A DNA stretch of 64,000 bases from Bacteroidales bacterium (GTDB lineage: Bacteria; Bacteroidota; Bacteroidia; Bacteroidales; WCHB1-69): the NCBI GenBank assembly GCA_017964255.1, contig JAGCSI010000146.1:5860-69859 (forward strand), in the 5' to 3' direction. The notes below the pieces were generated by a model that made no database searches, was not told the DNA's origin, and was given only the letters and a program-made list of their open reading frames with translations. Positions 8,810 through 17,058 of this stretch are shown here, piece by piece (positions within the stretch are counted from its first letter, which is position 1; the number at the start of each line of letters is the position of its first letter). A program made the translations under genes and the position numbers.

Positions 8810-9732
8810 TGAACGAAAATATTTGGACGGCGCAGGCGGTTGAGACTGCCGTCATTGAAGATAATTCCAATCTCGAAATAATACTCAGCAATTATTTCCA
8901 GACCTTCATTGAGAGGTTAGGCGAATATGAGATTAATATACAGGAGATTACTACTACTGAATTATTGACCCAAAAGATTCTTGAGGGCATTGAGAAGTTG
9001 GAAGTGTTGAGGAAAGAGTTTATTTCGGTGGTGAAAATATTTGTACCAAGCGATAATTCAATCCTTAAACAGTATCTTCCCCGTTTTTTTGATAATTTGC
9101 TTAAATTTTACGAGGAAAAAGGTATTAACCTGTATGCGGGAACCGGTGCCGATGTGCTTCGAAACGATCATTACCGTTTTTTTAATCAGTTTTTGTACAT
9201 ATCACTGACTTCAATTCTATTGGAAAACAAATGTTTTGAGACATTGAAATCCATTCTCCATGCAAAATATCAGGTATATGACAAGGCGTACCAAATTCTT
9301 CGCGATGTCAATTTCATCAGGTTTCGCACTTACAATTATACTTTGAATCAGTTTTTGAATACCACGTCTCCGAAAAGGATAAGTGTAACAGCAGACTATA
9401 TTCGTAATTACTCGGTCCCGTCAGAATTCGAAAAATTAATCAAGGCAGACATATTGCTTTACTATATTTCATTGTGGTATCATATAGACAAAATTTTTAA
9501 TGCTTCGTGGTTTCCCGAATTGAGTGTTTATAACCGAGATGAGCAGATTCTTCCCTATATGAAATCAAGAACTTATTTTGAGAAAGCCAAGGTGCTATTT
9601 GGTGTGAATACAGTGGAGGAGTATAAAAAATTGCTTGAAGACACCCGGGAAAATCCTGATTGGACGGGAATGTATCGTATACCCTTGGTTCAAACAGGTT
9701 TGTTGTATGATACTGTAGGGAGTGTAGAATAG
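8809..9732 (+). CDS. Hypothetical protein, third gene of the ATPase/Toprim-like operon
   Basis: 307 aa. The start overlaps the upstream stop (TAATG). I recognise no motif, and the composition looks helical. Confidence 0.6.
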   Translation: MNENIWTAQAVETAVIEDNSNLEIILSNYFQTFIERLGEYEINIQEITTTELLTQKILEGIEKLEVLRKEFISVVKIFVPSDNSILKQYLPRFFDNLLKFYEEKGINLYAGTGADVLRNDHYRFFNQFLYISLTSILLENKCFETLKSILHAKYQVYDKAYQILRDVNFIRFRTYNYTLNQFLNTTSPKRISVTADYIRNYSVPSEFEKLIKADILLYYISLWYHIDKIFNASWFPELSVYNRDEQILPYMKSRTYFEKAKVLFGVNTVEEYKKLLEDTRENPDWTGMYRIPLVQTGLLYDTVGSVE

Positions 9733-9956
9733 GTTAAACACAGACGTGACTTAAGCATAATCAAGTAGATAAGTTAATAAAAAGTGTTTTGTACCAACTA
9801 AATTTCAAGAAGAAGATAAAATGAAATCAGTATTGTTGAATTATGCCAAAAAGTGTTCAGGTAAAGATTATTTCAATGGGGTAGTTTATGACAGGGATTT
9901 GAATATGTCTGTTTTCAAAGAAGGAAAAAAATGATTGACATTAATAATTATTTTTG

Positions 9957-10556
9957 ATGAAAACGCAAACAAGATTTCCAAAATATCTACTGTATATCTT
10001 GTCAATGGCACCATTTTTCATCATCCTTGGACTGATGAGTATGGATATTCCAATTTGCTTTGACAATTATGCAGAATTTATTGGCTGGAAAACCCTTTGG
10101 CATAATACACGAGTCGGATTCTTTATCATCTTGGGTTCTGTTTTTGTAGAATTGGTTATTTACTGGATGTTTCAGCGTGTTTGTAAAAGATGTGCTGGTG
10201 AGGCAAGTGAAAAGATAACTGTAATAAAAAATCAAAATTTTGAACTGATGTCATTCGTGACCTCCATATTCCTGCCATTAATTAGCTTTCAATATAACCA
10301 ATTGAGTCACTGGATTGTTACTGCGATTATTGTCTGTTTGATTGGGTATATATTTTGTCACGCAGATGCCTACTATACCAATCCAACGCTTGCGCTTTTT
10401 CGGTATAGGCTATATGATGTTGAACTTGATAACCAACAAGCAAATAATAGCGAAACACGTTCTATCACTATAATAGCTCAATCAGTGCTGATGGTGGGTG
10501 ATAAGGTGCGTTGTGTTTCGATGACCGATGGGGTATCTTATGCTAAAAAAGTATAA
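9957..10556 (+). CDS. Multi-pass membrane protein, KwaA-like by architecture
   Basis: About 199 aa from the ATG at 9957. It has four hydrophobic segments: YILSMAPFFIILGLM, VGFFIILGSVFVELVIYW, LMSFVTSIFLPLISF and WIVTAIIVCLIGYIF. Confidence 0.55.
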   Translation: MKTQTRFPKYLLYILSMAPFFIILGLMSMDIPICFDNYAEFIGWKTLWHNTRVGFFIILGSVFVELVIYWMFQRVCKRCAGEASEKITVIKNQNFELMSFVTSIFLPLISFQYNQLSHWIVTAIIVCLIGYIFCHADAYYTNPTLALFRYRLYDVELDNQQANNSETRSITIIAQSVLMVGDKVRCVSMTDGVSYAKKV

Positions 10557-10559
10557 TTT

Positions 10560-11516
10560 ATGAATAAGCCGGAATTAATTGAAAAAGTGGGTTTTGTTCT
10601 TGAGGAAGGCTATAAGGAACTACAACTCTATGGCTTTGTTGCAGGAGATGACAATCCCTACAGTATCAGTATTTCAAATGACTTGGAAACAGAGTTGATT
10701 GCCGTTGTCGCTTCGGGTGTTCAATCCTTGTTGGTTGATAAAGAGTATGAGATAGTATCTTTCTCAACCGCTGACGAAAGAAAAGACCGTTATTACCTTT
10801 ACGATTTGGAAGAGATTCCCGAAAGAATCATTCAAATGTCCTTTGTTATTGGAAACCACAATGTTGAAAGTTTTAATCTTCAGCAACACGATGTAACAGA
10901 GATTAACACATTGATACTATCAGTTTCTGACGGCGACGGTCATTCGTTTTCGTTATACAAGTTACTGTCGCCTGTGGAAAAAGTGGTTACCACTTCAAAG
11001 TCAATTTTAGCAAGACTTGGCGTTGACGATGCGGTGCTTAAAGAGGAGAAGTCGCCATTGCTCAAAATCGGACCGAGGTTTCAAATAGTTTTTGTTGATA
11101 ATTATTATCTTTTCTTGGAATCATCGTCCATTGAATCAAACTTCAAATTACACCAAATACTAAATAATGAGGCTGCCAGAAACATACATGTGATACAAGA
11201 AACCAACCTATTAAAAGATGTGGCCAAACTTCAACAATACGCTGAAAAAACGGCTTTTAGCCGAAAACTTGTTAATGTGATGCGAAATTCAAAAGTCATA
11301 AAAGAACATATTTCAAAAGACAAAGTATTTGAATTCATAGGGAATGATGCAAAACTAAGTGAGCAGTTGTGCATAAAAACTATTGAAGGTGAGCAATTCA
11401 TAGACATTAGGAATCTTGAAAGTGCTAAATGTTTCTTGGATTTGCTTAATGATGAGTTTGTGTATTCCAAACTAACAGGCCAAGAATATCAGGCGGTTGA
11501 TAAGGATGAAAGATAA
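10560..11516 (+). CDS. Soluble ~320-aa partner, KwaB (DUF4868)-like by size and position
   Basis: 318 aa, starting 4 nt after the membrane protein. It has no enzymatic motif. The pairing and sizes match the Kiwa two-gene layout. Confidence 0.45.
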   Translation: MNKPELIEKVGFVLEEGYKELQLYGFVAGDDNPYSISISNDLETELIAVVASGVQSLLVDKEYEIVSFSTADERKDRYYLYDLEEIPERIIQMSFVIGNHNVESFNLQQHDVTEINTLILSVSDGDGHSFSLYKLLSPVEKVVTTSKSILARLGVDDAVLKEEKSPLLKIGPRFQIVFVDNYYLFLESSSIESNFKLHQILNNEAARNIHVIQETNLLKDVAKLQQYAEKTAFSRKLVNVMRNSKVIKEHISKDKVFEFIGNDAKLSEQLCIKTIEGEQFIDIRNLESAKCFLDLLNDEFVYSKLTGQEYQAVDKDER

Positions 11517-11539
11517 TTTTTGTATGATGAGTTGAAAGC

Positions 11540-12382
11540 ATGAAAAAATTAGACTGGAAAACATACGAAGAACTAGTAAAAGACATATATGAGAGTCTTG
11601 GGAAGGCCTCAAACGTCAAAATATTAGGTTATGGCAATGGTTGTAAACGAAAAGGAAACTCAAGTGTAGAACATCAGATAGATGTTTTGACTTCACATAA
11701 TGACGGCCTACATGATTATTTGACTGACATCGAATGTAAATATTGGAATCAGAAAGTAAATAAAGACATAGTGATGAAGGTGAAAGAAATTGTGGCTGAC
11801 TGCAATTTCTCAAAAGGTATAATTGTATCAAAAATTGGATTTACCTCAGATGCTATTGATTACGCAAGATTCGTAGGTGTTGGTTTGGTTGAGTTGAGGG
11901 AGATAACAGAAGAGGATTGGAAAGGAAGAGTAAAGACAATTGTTCTTAAAATAGTTGCTAAAACCCCAGTGTTAACGTCATGTCAGATAAACATGATTTC
12001 AGATGACCCCAAGGTTATGTATCAGGAAACCAAGGGAGTTACAGCCAATGCAACACTTACAGAAATATGTAAGCCAGATGGTACAAAAATAACCTTGTCA
12101 GAATTTATACAAAATGGTTTATTCAAAAAAATCAGTAGCGAAGAGCCCACTGATGAAATAACAGAGCATTATTTTTTCGAAGAAGGCACAACTATTATAT
12201 ACAGAGAAACAGGTATCACACATAAGTTGAATACAATTATACTCTCAGGGAAGATTGAAACAGAAACTATGAATAGTGTGATAGATGGTAGTGATGAGGT
12301 ATTATATTATATGAAGAGTATTTTTGAAGGCATGGTACTTACAATTAGAAAAGATGGCAGAATTGTAAAACAGAATAATTGA
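11540..12382 (+). CDS. Mrr-like (PD-(D/E)xK) restriction-endonuclease-domain protein with an unknown C-terminal domain
   Basis: 280 aa. The N-terminus reads WKTYEELVKDIYESLG ... HQIDVL ... DIECKYW ... GIIVSKIGFTSDA, which fits the Mrr_cat pattern (D...E-x-K). Confidence 0.65.
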   Translation: MKKLDWKTYEELVKDIYESLGKASNVKILGYGNGCKRKGNSSVEHQIDVLTSHNDGLHDYLTDIECKYWNQKVNKDIVMKVKEIVADCNFSKGIIVSKIGFTSDAIDYARFVGVGLVELREITEEDWKGRVKTIVLKIVAKTPVLTSCQINMISDDPKVMYQETKGVTANATLTEICKPDGTKITLSEFIQNGLFKKISSEEPTDEITEHYFFEEGTTIIYRETGITHKLNTIILSGKIETETMNSVIDGSDEVLYYMKSIFEGMVLTIRKDGRIVKQNN

Positions 12383-12387
12383 AAAAA

Positions 12388-13344
12388 ATGAAAACCATCT
12401 GCATTGATATAGACGGAACCATAAGCCACTACATAGAATGGGTTGACTCAAAGACATTCGGTGAGGTTTTGCCTCATTGTGCCGAAACGATACATCACCT
12501 CAAGGCCGATGGTTGGTTTGTCATTATTTATACAACAAGAGTTGACAAGGATGAAATAAAGAATTTCTTGGACAAAAACAATGTCCCCTTTGATGCCATC
12601 AATGAGAATCCGAACCAACCTAACAATGCAATAGGAGGAAAGCCAATAGCCGATGTTTATATTGATGATAGAGCGATTCAGTTTGACGGTGATTGGGAAG
12701 GAGCATACACGAAGATAACAGGTTTCAAGTCTTGGGAGGAAAAACCTGAAGTGAAACAGCGGCCCACAAAAGAGTATAGTGCTGAATTGATGATAGCGGA
12801 TTTCTCTCAGTGCATGGAAATGCATCGACATTACGATTCCTTAAATTGGCAAATAACCAAGTTTGCATTTGGTGAAATACTTGTTGCTATTGGTGCCTGC
12901 TGGACAGTTTACTCATTTGATATGGCAAAAGAAACAGCTCCGGAACTGAAATGGTGGGCAATAGGCATGATAGGACTTGTTAGCTGGCTGTATGGAATTT
13001 TGTCAATCTACACAATAGTGAAAAACAGAGGATATTTTGTCAGAACATCCCGTCATATCAATGAACTACGACATCATGCCATCGCAAGTAAGCCATTGGG
13101 TTTTGAGAACTCAGCACACTTTTGGGAAGATCCAACCTATCCAAAAGTCAGAGATTGGAAAAGCACCCAGTTTTTCAGCCTTTATATGCTTGTGTTATTA
13201 CTAATGGCAATTTCATATTTGACCACGTTTTCTTTTGTTCATCTGCTTAACGGTTTTTGTTATTGGATTGGCTGGCTATCTGTGCTTGCAACTATAGGGA
13301 TTTGGCTGATTATTGTTTTTACGGCAGTGAAAGAAAAGTTTTAA
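12388..13344 (+). CDS. HAD-phosphatase-like domain fused to a 4-TM C-terminal domain
   Basis: The ATG at 12388 is preferred (a TTG at 12379 is possible, overlapping the upstream stop). The HAD motifs are I ICIDIDGT, II YTTR and IV YIDDR. The C-terminal half has four hydrophobic helices (e.g. ILVAIGACWTVYSF, WWAIGMIGLVSWLYGILSIY). Confidence 0.6.
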   Translation: MKTICIDIDGTISHYIEWVDSKTFGEVLPHCAETIHHLKADGWFVIIYTTRVDKDEIKNFLDKNNVPFDAINENPNQPNNAIGGKPIADVYIDDRAIQFDGDWEGAYTKITGFKSWEEKPEVKQRPTKEYSAELMIADFSQCMEMHRHYDSLNWQITKFAFGEILVAIGACWTVYSFDMAKETAPELKWWAIGMIGLVSWLYGILSIYTIVKNRGYFVRTSRHINELRHHAIASKPLGFENSAHFWEDPTYPKVRDWKSTQFFSLYMLVLLLMAISYLTTFSFVHLLNGFCYWIGWLSVLATIGIWLIIVFTAVKEKF

Positions 13345-13357
13345 ATAAATAGGATTT

Positions 13358-14419
13358 ATGAAGAAAGATAAATATTTGATACGTTTTTTCCAAGTCGGAA
13401 ATGGCACAAAGGGTGGTGACGCTATTCTGATTCGATTGTTTGATGATAAAGATAAAGAACACCTTGTTTTGATAGATGGAGGCTATAAGGAAACAGGAGA
13501 TAAGATAATAAATTATATCAAAGGAACTTGTTCAACCAGCCATATAGATATTGTTTTTAATACACATCCAGACAGAGACCATATATCTGGTTTGGTGACA
13601 CTTTTTGATGATAAAGACATTACGATAGGATGTTTGGTTCTTAACCGTCCTTGGAAGGATGCTAAATTCACCAAGGATATGTTTGACGATAGTAAAATCA
13701 CAGACAGAAGCCTCGTTCAACGTCTCAAAGACAATTTTAATCAAGCCGAAGAATTGGAATCAATCGCCAATGATAGAAAAATTAGAATAGAAAGAGCTTT
13801 TGCCGGTGTGTGTTGTTACGATGGACTTATTAGGGTATTGGGGCCTTCAAAGACGCTTTACGAAAGGGGGCTTTTGGCATCCGACAAAACACCTGAAACT
13901 TATATTGAAGCAGGTTTGGGTGACTATTCACCAGCGGCATATAAAGAGGAGGTTTATGATTCAAGTCAACCGATTGAATGGTTCGATGATGAGCAGACAT
14001 CTGCTGTAAACCAAACAAGTTTTGTTATAGCCTTGGATTTAGGAAAGCAAAAGGTGTTGTTTACGGGTGATGCAGGAAAAGAGGCTCTTAATGATGCATT
14101 AGACTATTATGTGTCAATAGGAGGTAATCCTAAAGATTTCACAATAGTTCAGTTGCCGCACCATGGAAGTAGAAAAAACATAGCCCCATCAATTATCAAT
14201 AGATTTGGCAATCCCGAGTACATTGTGTCATGTCCACCAGATGGTGAAAGCGAGGGCCATCCGTCCAGAAGATTGATGAATAAAATATTAGAGATTAACC
14301 CCAAGGCGGATATTTATTTCACGAAGAAGGTGAACTTTGTTTTCCATGAGAATGTTCCTGTGACAAATTGTGAACCGCAAAAACCGGCAACGGTTTATGA
14401 TAAAATGGATGGGAGATAA
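13358..14419 (+). CDS. Metallo-beta-lactamase-fold hydrolase, ComEC/Rec2-related type
   Basis: 353 aa. It has NTHPDRDHISG (an HxHxDH-like motif) and QLPHHGSRKN, both typical of the ComEC-type MBL domain. Confidence 0.7.
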   Translation: MKKDKYLIRFFQVGNGTKGGDAILIRLFDDKDKEHLVLIDGGYKETGDKIINYIKGTCSTSHIDIVFNTHPDRDHISGLVTLFDDKDITIGCLVLNRPWKDAKFTKDMFDDSKITDRSLVQRLKDNFNQAEELESIANDRKIRIERAFAGVCCYDGLIRVLGPSKTLYERGLLASDKTPETYIEAGLGDYSPAAYKEEVYDSSQPIEWFDDEQTSAVNQTSFVIALDLGKQKVLFTGDAGKEALNDALDYYVSIGGNPKDFTIVQLPHHGSRKNIAPSIINRFGNPEYIVSCPPDGESEGHPSRRLMNKILEINPKADIYFTKKVNFVFHENVPVTNCEPQKPATVYDKMDGR

Positions 14420-14447
14420 AACGACAAATATCAAGATTGTAGACAAA

Positions 14448-14514
14448 CAGCGGCCTTCCGGTATTAACGTGCAGCCGGAGTCGCGATAGGGGTGGGAAGG
14501 TCATCTACACAGCC
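14448..14514 (+). promoter_or_regulatory. Leader RNA motif, copy A (5' half only)
   Basis: It shares the blocks GTGCAGCCGGAG ... TAGGGG ... AAGG ... ACACAGCC with copies at 22187, 23521 and 46544. It lies 31 nt upstream of the epimerase ATG. Confidence 0.45.
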
Positions 14515-14544
14515 TGAATATCCCGACGAAATAAAACTAAAACA

Positions 14545-15801
14545 ATGAATATACTCGTTACCGGTGCGGCCGGGTTTATCGGTGCCAGTTTGGTGATGCG
14601 CCTCCTTCGCGACATGACCGAGGGCACCATCGTCGGCCTCGACAACCTCAACAGCTATTACGATGTCTCCCTCAAGGAGTACCGTCTGAAGAAGCTCGAT
14701 GCGCTCTATGCTCAAAGGATGGGGATTCCGGGTCCAGCCCGGAATGAGGGGACGTGTGTTCGGAATGAGGATTCCTCGTCGAGGGCGAAGACCCGCAATC
14801 TCCATTACGAATTTGTGAAGGGAAGTATTGCCGACCGCGAGCTGGTGAACAAGTTGTTTGAAGAATACAAGTTCGACATTGTGGTGAACCTGGCGGCACA
14901 GGCGGGCGTGCGGTACTCTATTGAGAATCCCGATGTGTATATCGAGAGCAACATCATAGGGTTTTACAATATCCTTGAAGCCAGTAGGCATTCTTACGAC
15001 CTCGTAGACTCCTCGTCGCAGGCGGGAGCCCGCGATCCTAATGCTGTCCCTCATTGCGGGCTTGACCCGCAATCTCAAGGGGATTCCGGCTCGGAGGCCG
15101 GAATGAGGGCTCAAGGCCAGAATGAGGGGTATAAAGGTGTTCAGCATCTCGTGTATGCTAGCAGTTCCAGTGTATATGGCGGCAACAAGAAAGTGCCCTT
15201 CAGCGTGGATGACCGAGTGGATAATCCTGTAAGTTTGTACGCCGCCACCAAGAAAAGCAACGAACTCTTCGCCCACTGCTACAGCAAACTCTACAACATC
15301 CCCACCACCGGCCTCCGTTTCTTCACCGTCTATGGCCCCGCTGGCCGTCCTGACATGGCTTATTTTGGTTTCACCAACAAGCTTCTGAAAGGTGAGACGA
15401 TACAGATATACAACTATGGCAACTGCCGCCGCGATTTCACCTACGTGGACGACATAGTGGAAGGAATTGTAAGAGTGATGCAGAAAGCCCCCGAGAAGCG
15501 TAATGGCGACGACGGCCTGCCGATTCCGCCTTATAAGGTGTACAACATTGGTGGCGGCCAGCCTGAGAATCTATTGGACTTTGTGCAGACTTTGCAGGAA
15601 GAACTGTTGAGAGCAGGTCTCCTTCCGCAGGATTACGATTTCGAGGCTCACAAGCAGCTGGTGCCGATGCAGCCTGGTGATGTACCCATCACGTATGCTG
15701 ACGCTACGGCATTGGAACGTGACTTTGGGTTTACGCCTAAAATTACGCTGAGAGAGGGATTGAGGAAGTTCGCGGAGTGGTATAAAGGATACTATGGTTG
15801 A
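14545..15801 (+). CDS. NAD-dependent sugar-nucleotide epimerase (UDP-glucuronate 4-epimerase-like SDR) carrying two in-frame repeat insertions
   Basis: 418 aa. It has the N-terminal VTGAAGFIG motif and the catalytic YAATK. About 65 extra residues (GIPGPARNEG..., HCGLDPQSQGDSGSEAGMRAQGQNEG) are encoded by GC-rich palindromes. Confidence 0.8.
   Translation: MNILVTGAAGFIGASLVMRLLRDMTEGTIVGLDNLNSYYDVSLKEYRLKKLDALYAQRMGIPGPARNEGTCVRNEDSSSRAKTRNLHYEFVKGSIADRELVNKLFEEYKFDIVVNLAAQAGVRYSIENPDVYIESNIIGFYNILEASRHSYDLVDSSSQAGARDPNAVPHCGLDPQSQGDSGSEAGMRAQGQNEGYKGVQHLVYASSSSVYGGNKKVPFSVDDRVDNPVSLYAATKKSNELFAHCYSKLYNIPTTGLRFFTVYGPAGRPDMAYFGFTNKLLKGETIQIYNYGNCRRDFTYVDDIVEGIVRVMQKAPEKRNGDDGLPIPPYKVYNIGGGQPENLLDFVQTLQEELLRAGLLPQDYDFEAHKQLVPMQPGDVPITYADATALERDFGFTPKITLREGLRKFAEWYKGYYG
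14721..14800. repeat. GC-rich palindromic element(s), in frame inside the epimerase
   Basis: It contains ATTCCGGG-TCCAG-CCCGGAAT-GAGGG (14725-14750), a further CGGAATGAGG half-site and the palindromes GAGGA-T-TCCTC and CCTCG-T-CGAGG. Confidence 0.85.
14996..15132. repeat. GC-rich palindromic element cluster, in frame inside the epimerase
   Basis: It contains CCCTCATTGCGGG-CTTGA-CCCGCAAT, ATTCCGGC-TCGGAG-GCCGGAAT-GAGGG and the half-site GGCCAGAATGAGGGG. Confidence 0.85.
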
Positions 15802-17014
15802 AAGAAATAGTGAAGAAACAAAAAATAGTGTAAATATGGAACTTAAACCTGAAATAGAGAAACAAATTAAAGAACAGCTCGTTGAAAAGGAACAAGTATG
15901 GTCGAAGTATGCTTGTAAATCAAGTGATGCGATTCAGTTTTATCACCGTAAAGAGGATATAAGACCTGCTTTCTTTCATGATGTTGACAAAATCATTCAT
16001 TCTCGCTGTTACAGTAGATACATTGATAAGACACAGGTTTTTTATTTGATAGAAAACGATCATATCACCCATCGTGTTCTCCACGTTCAGTTGGTTTCCA
16101 AAATTGCAAGAACCATTGGTCGGTTTTTAAATCTGAACGAGGATCTAATAGAGGCTATATCCTTGGGACATGATGTTGGACACACTCCTTTTGGACATAA
16201 CGGAGAGAGAATAATTTCGGATTTTTGTGAAAGGAAGGGAGAAGGAATTTTCGAACATAATGTGCAAAGTTTCAGATTGTTTCATGAGATAGAAAAGAAA
16301 GGTGATGGTGTCAACATGTGTGTTCAAACATTAGATGGCATTATTTGTCATAATGGAGAACTTCTGGTACCTCGATTTGATTGTGATAGAACAAAAACAA
16401 AAGAAAAGCTTTTTAGTGAATATACAGAAAGTTTGAAAAACAAAGGAGTTTCTGCTAAAATGAAACCTATGACTTTGGAAGGCTGTGTGATGAGAATATC
16501 TGATATAATCGCATATATTGGTAGGGACATTGAAGATGCAATCAAACTTCAGCTAATAGACAGAAAAGATATTCCTCGTGAAATAACAAAGGTTTTGGGT
16601 GATAATAACAAAGAGATAATCAACAATCTCATAATTGATCTTGTTAATAACAGTTATGGGAATGATTACATTTCATTTTCCACTGAAGTATTTAACGCAT
16701 TGGATGAACTGAAAAAATGGAATAACAAAAACATTTATAGTAATCCTGAAAAAATGGCTCAAGACGATAAGATTAAGAAAATGTTTGATTACATGTTGGA
16801 AACAAATCTTGTATTTCTGAATGAAAATAACACTAAATCTAATATAATCAAATGGTTAGATGGGGAAATGTCACATTCATATATAGATAAATCTTCTAAT
16901 GTACGAATTGTGGCAGATTATGTGTCTGGTATGACAGACGATTATTTAATGAATAGTTATAAAGAATTGGTTCTCCCAAAATCATTCGGTATTAATTTCA
17001 GCAAAAAGGCATAG
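15794..17014 (+). CDS. dGTP triphosphohydrolase-like HD-domain protein (dNTPase)
   Basis: 406 aa. It has HRVLHVQLVS and LGHDVGHTPFGHNGE, the dGTPase-family HD signature. The start overlaps the epimerase stop. The gene is AT-rich. Confidence 0.8.
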   Translation: MVERNSEETKNSVNMELKPEIEKQIKEQLVEKEQVWSKYACKSSDAIQFYHRKEDIRPAFFHDVDKIIHSRCYSRYIDKTQVFYLIENDHITHRVLHVQLVSKIARTIGRFLNLNEDLIEAISLGHDVGHTPFGHNGERIISDFCERKGEGIFEHNVQSFRLFHEIEKKGDGVNMCVQTLDGIICHNGELLVPRFDCDRTKTKEKLFSEYTESLKNKGVSAKMKPMTLEGCVMRISDIIAYIGRDIEDAIKLQLIDRKDIPREITKVLGDNNKEIINNLIIDLVNNSYGNDYISFSTEVFNALDELKKWNNKNIYSNPEKMAQDDKIKKMFDYMLETNLVFLNENNTKSNIIKWLDGEMSHSYIDKSSNVRIVADYVSGMTDDYLMNSYKELVLPKSFGINFSKKA

Positions 17015-17058
17015 TCTCGGTTTATTGTTCCTACATTCATCGTTATTATTGATATAGA

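Noticed and set aside
9821-9934. 37-codon ORF (MKSVLLNYAKKCSGKDYFNGVVYDRDLNMSVFKEGKK) upstream of the KwaA-like gene
   Set aside because: It is too short and featureless to support as a gene from sequence alone. It is mentioned only as a possibility under the Kiwa-like finding.
14464-15276. 270-aa minus-strand ORF across the epimerase 5' half
   Set aside because: It is antisense to a motif-rich SDR gene and is kept open by the GC-rich palindromic inserts. It has no recognisable domain.
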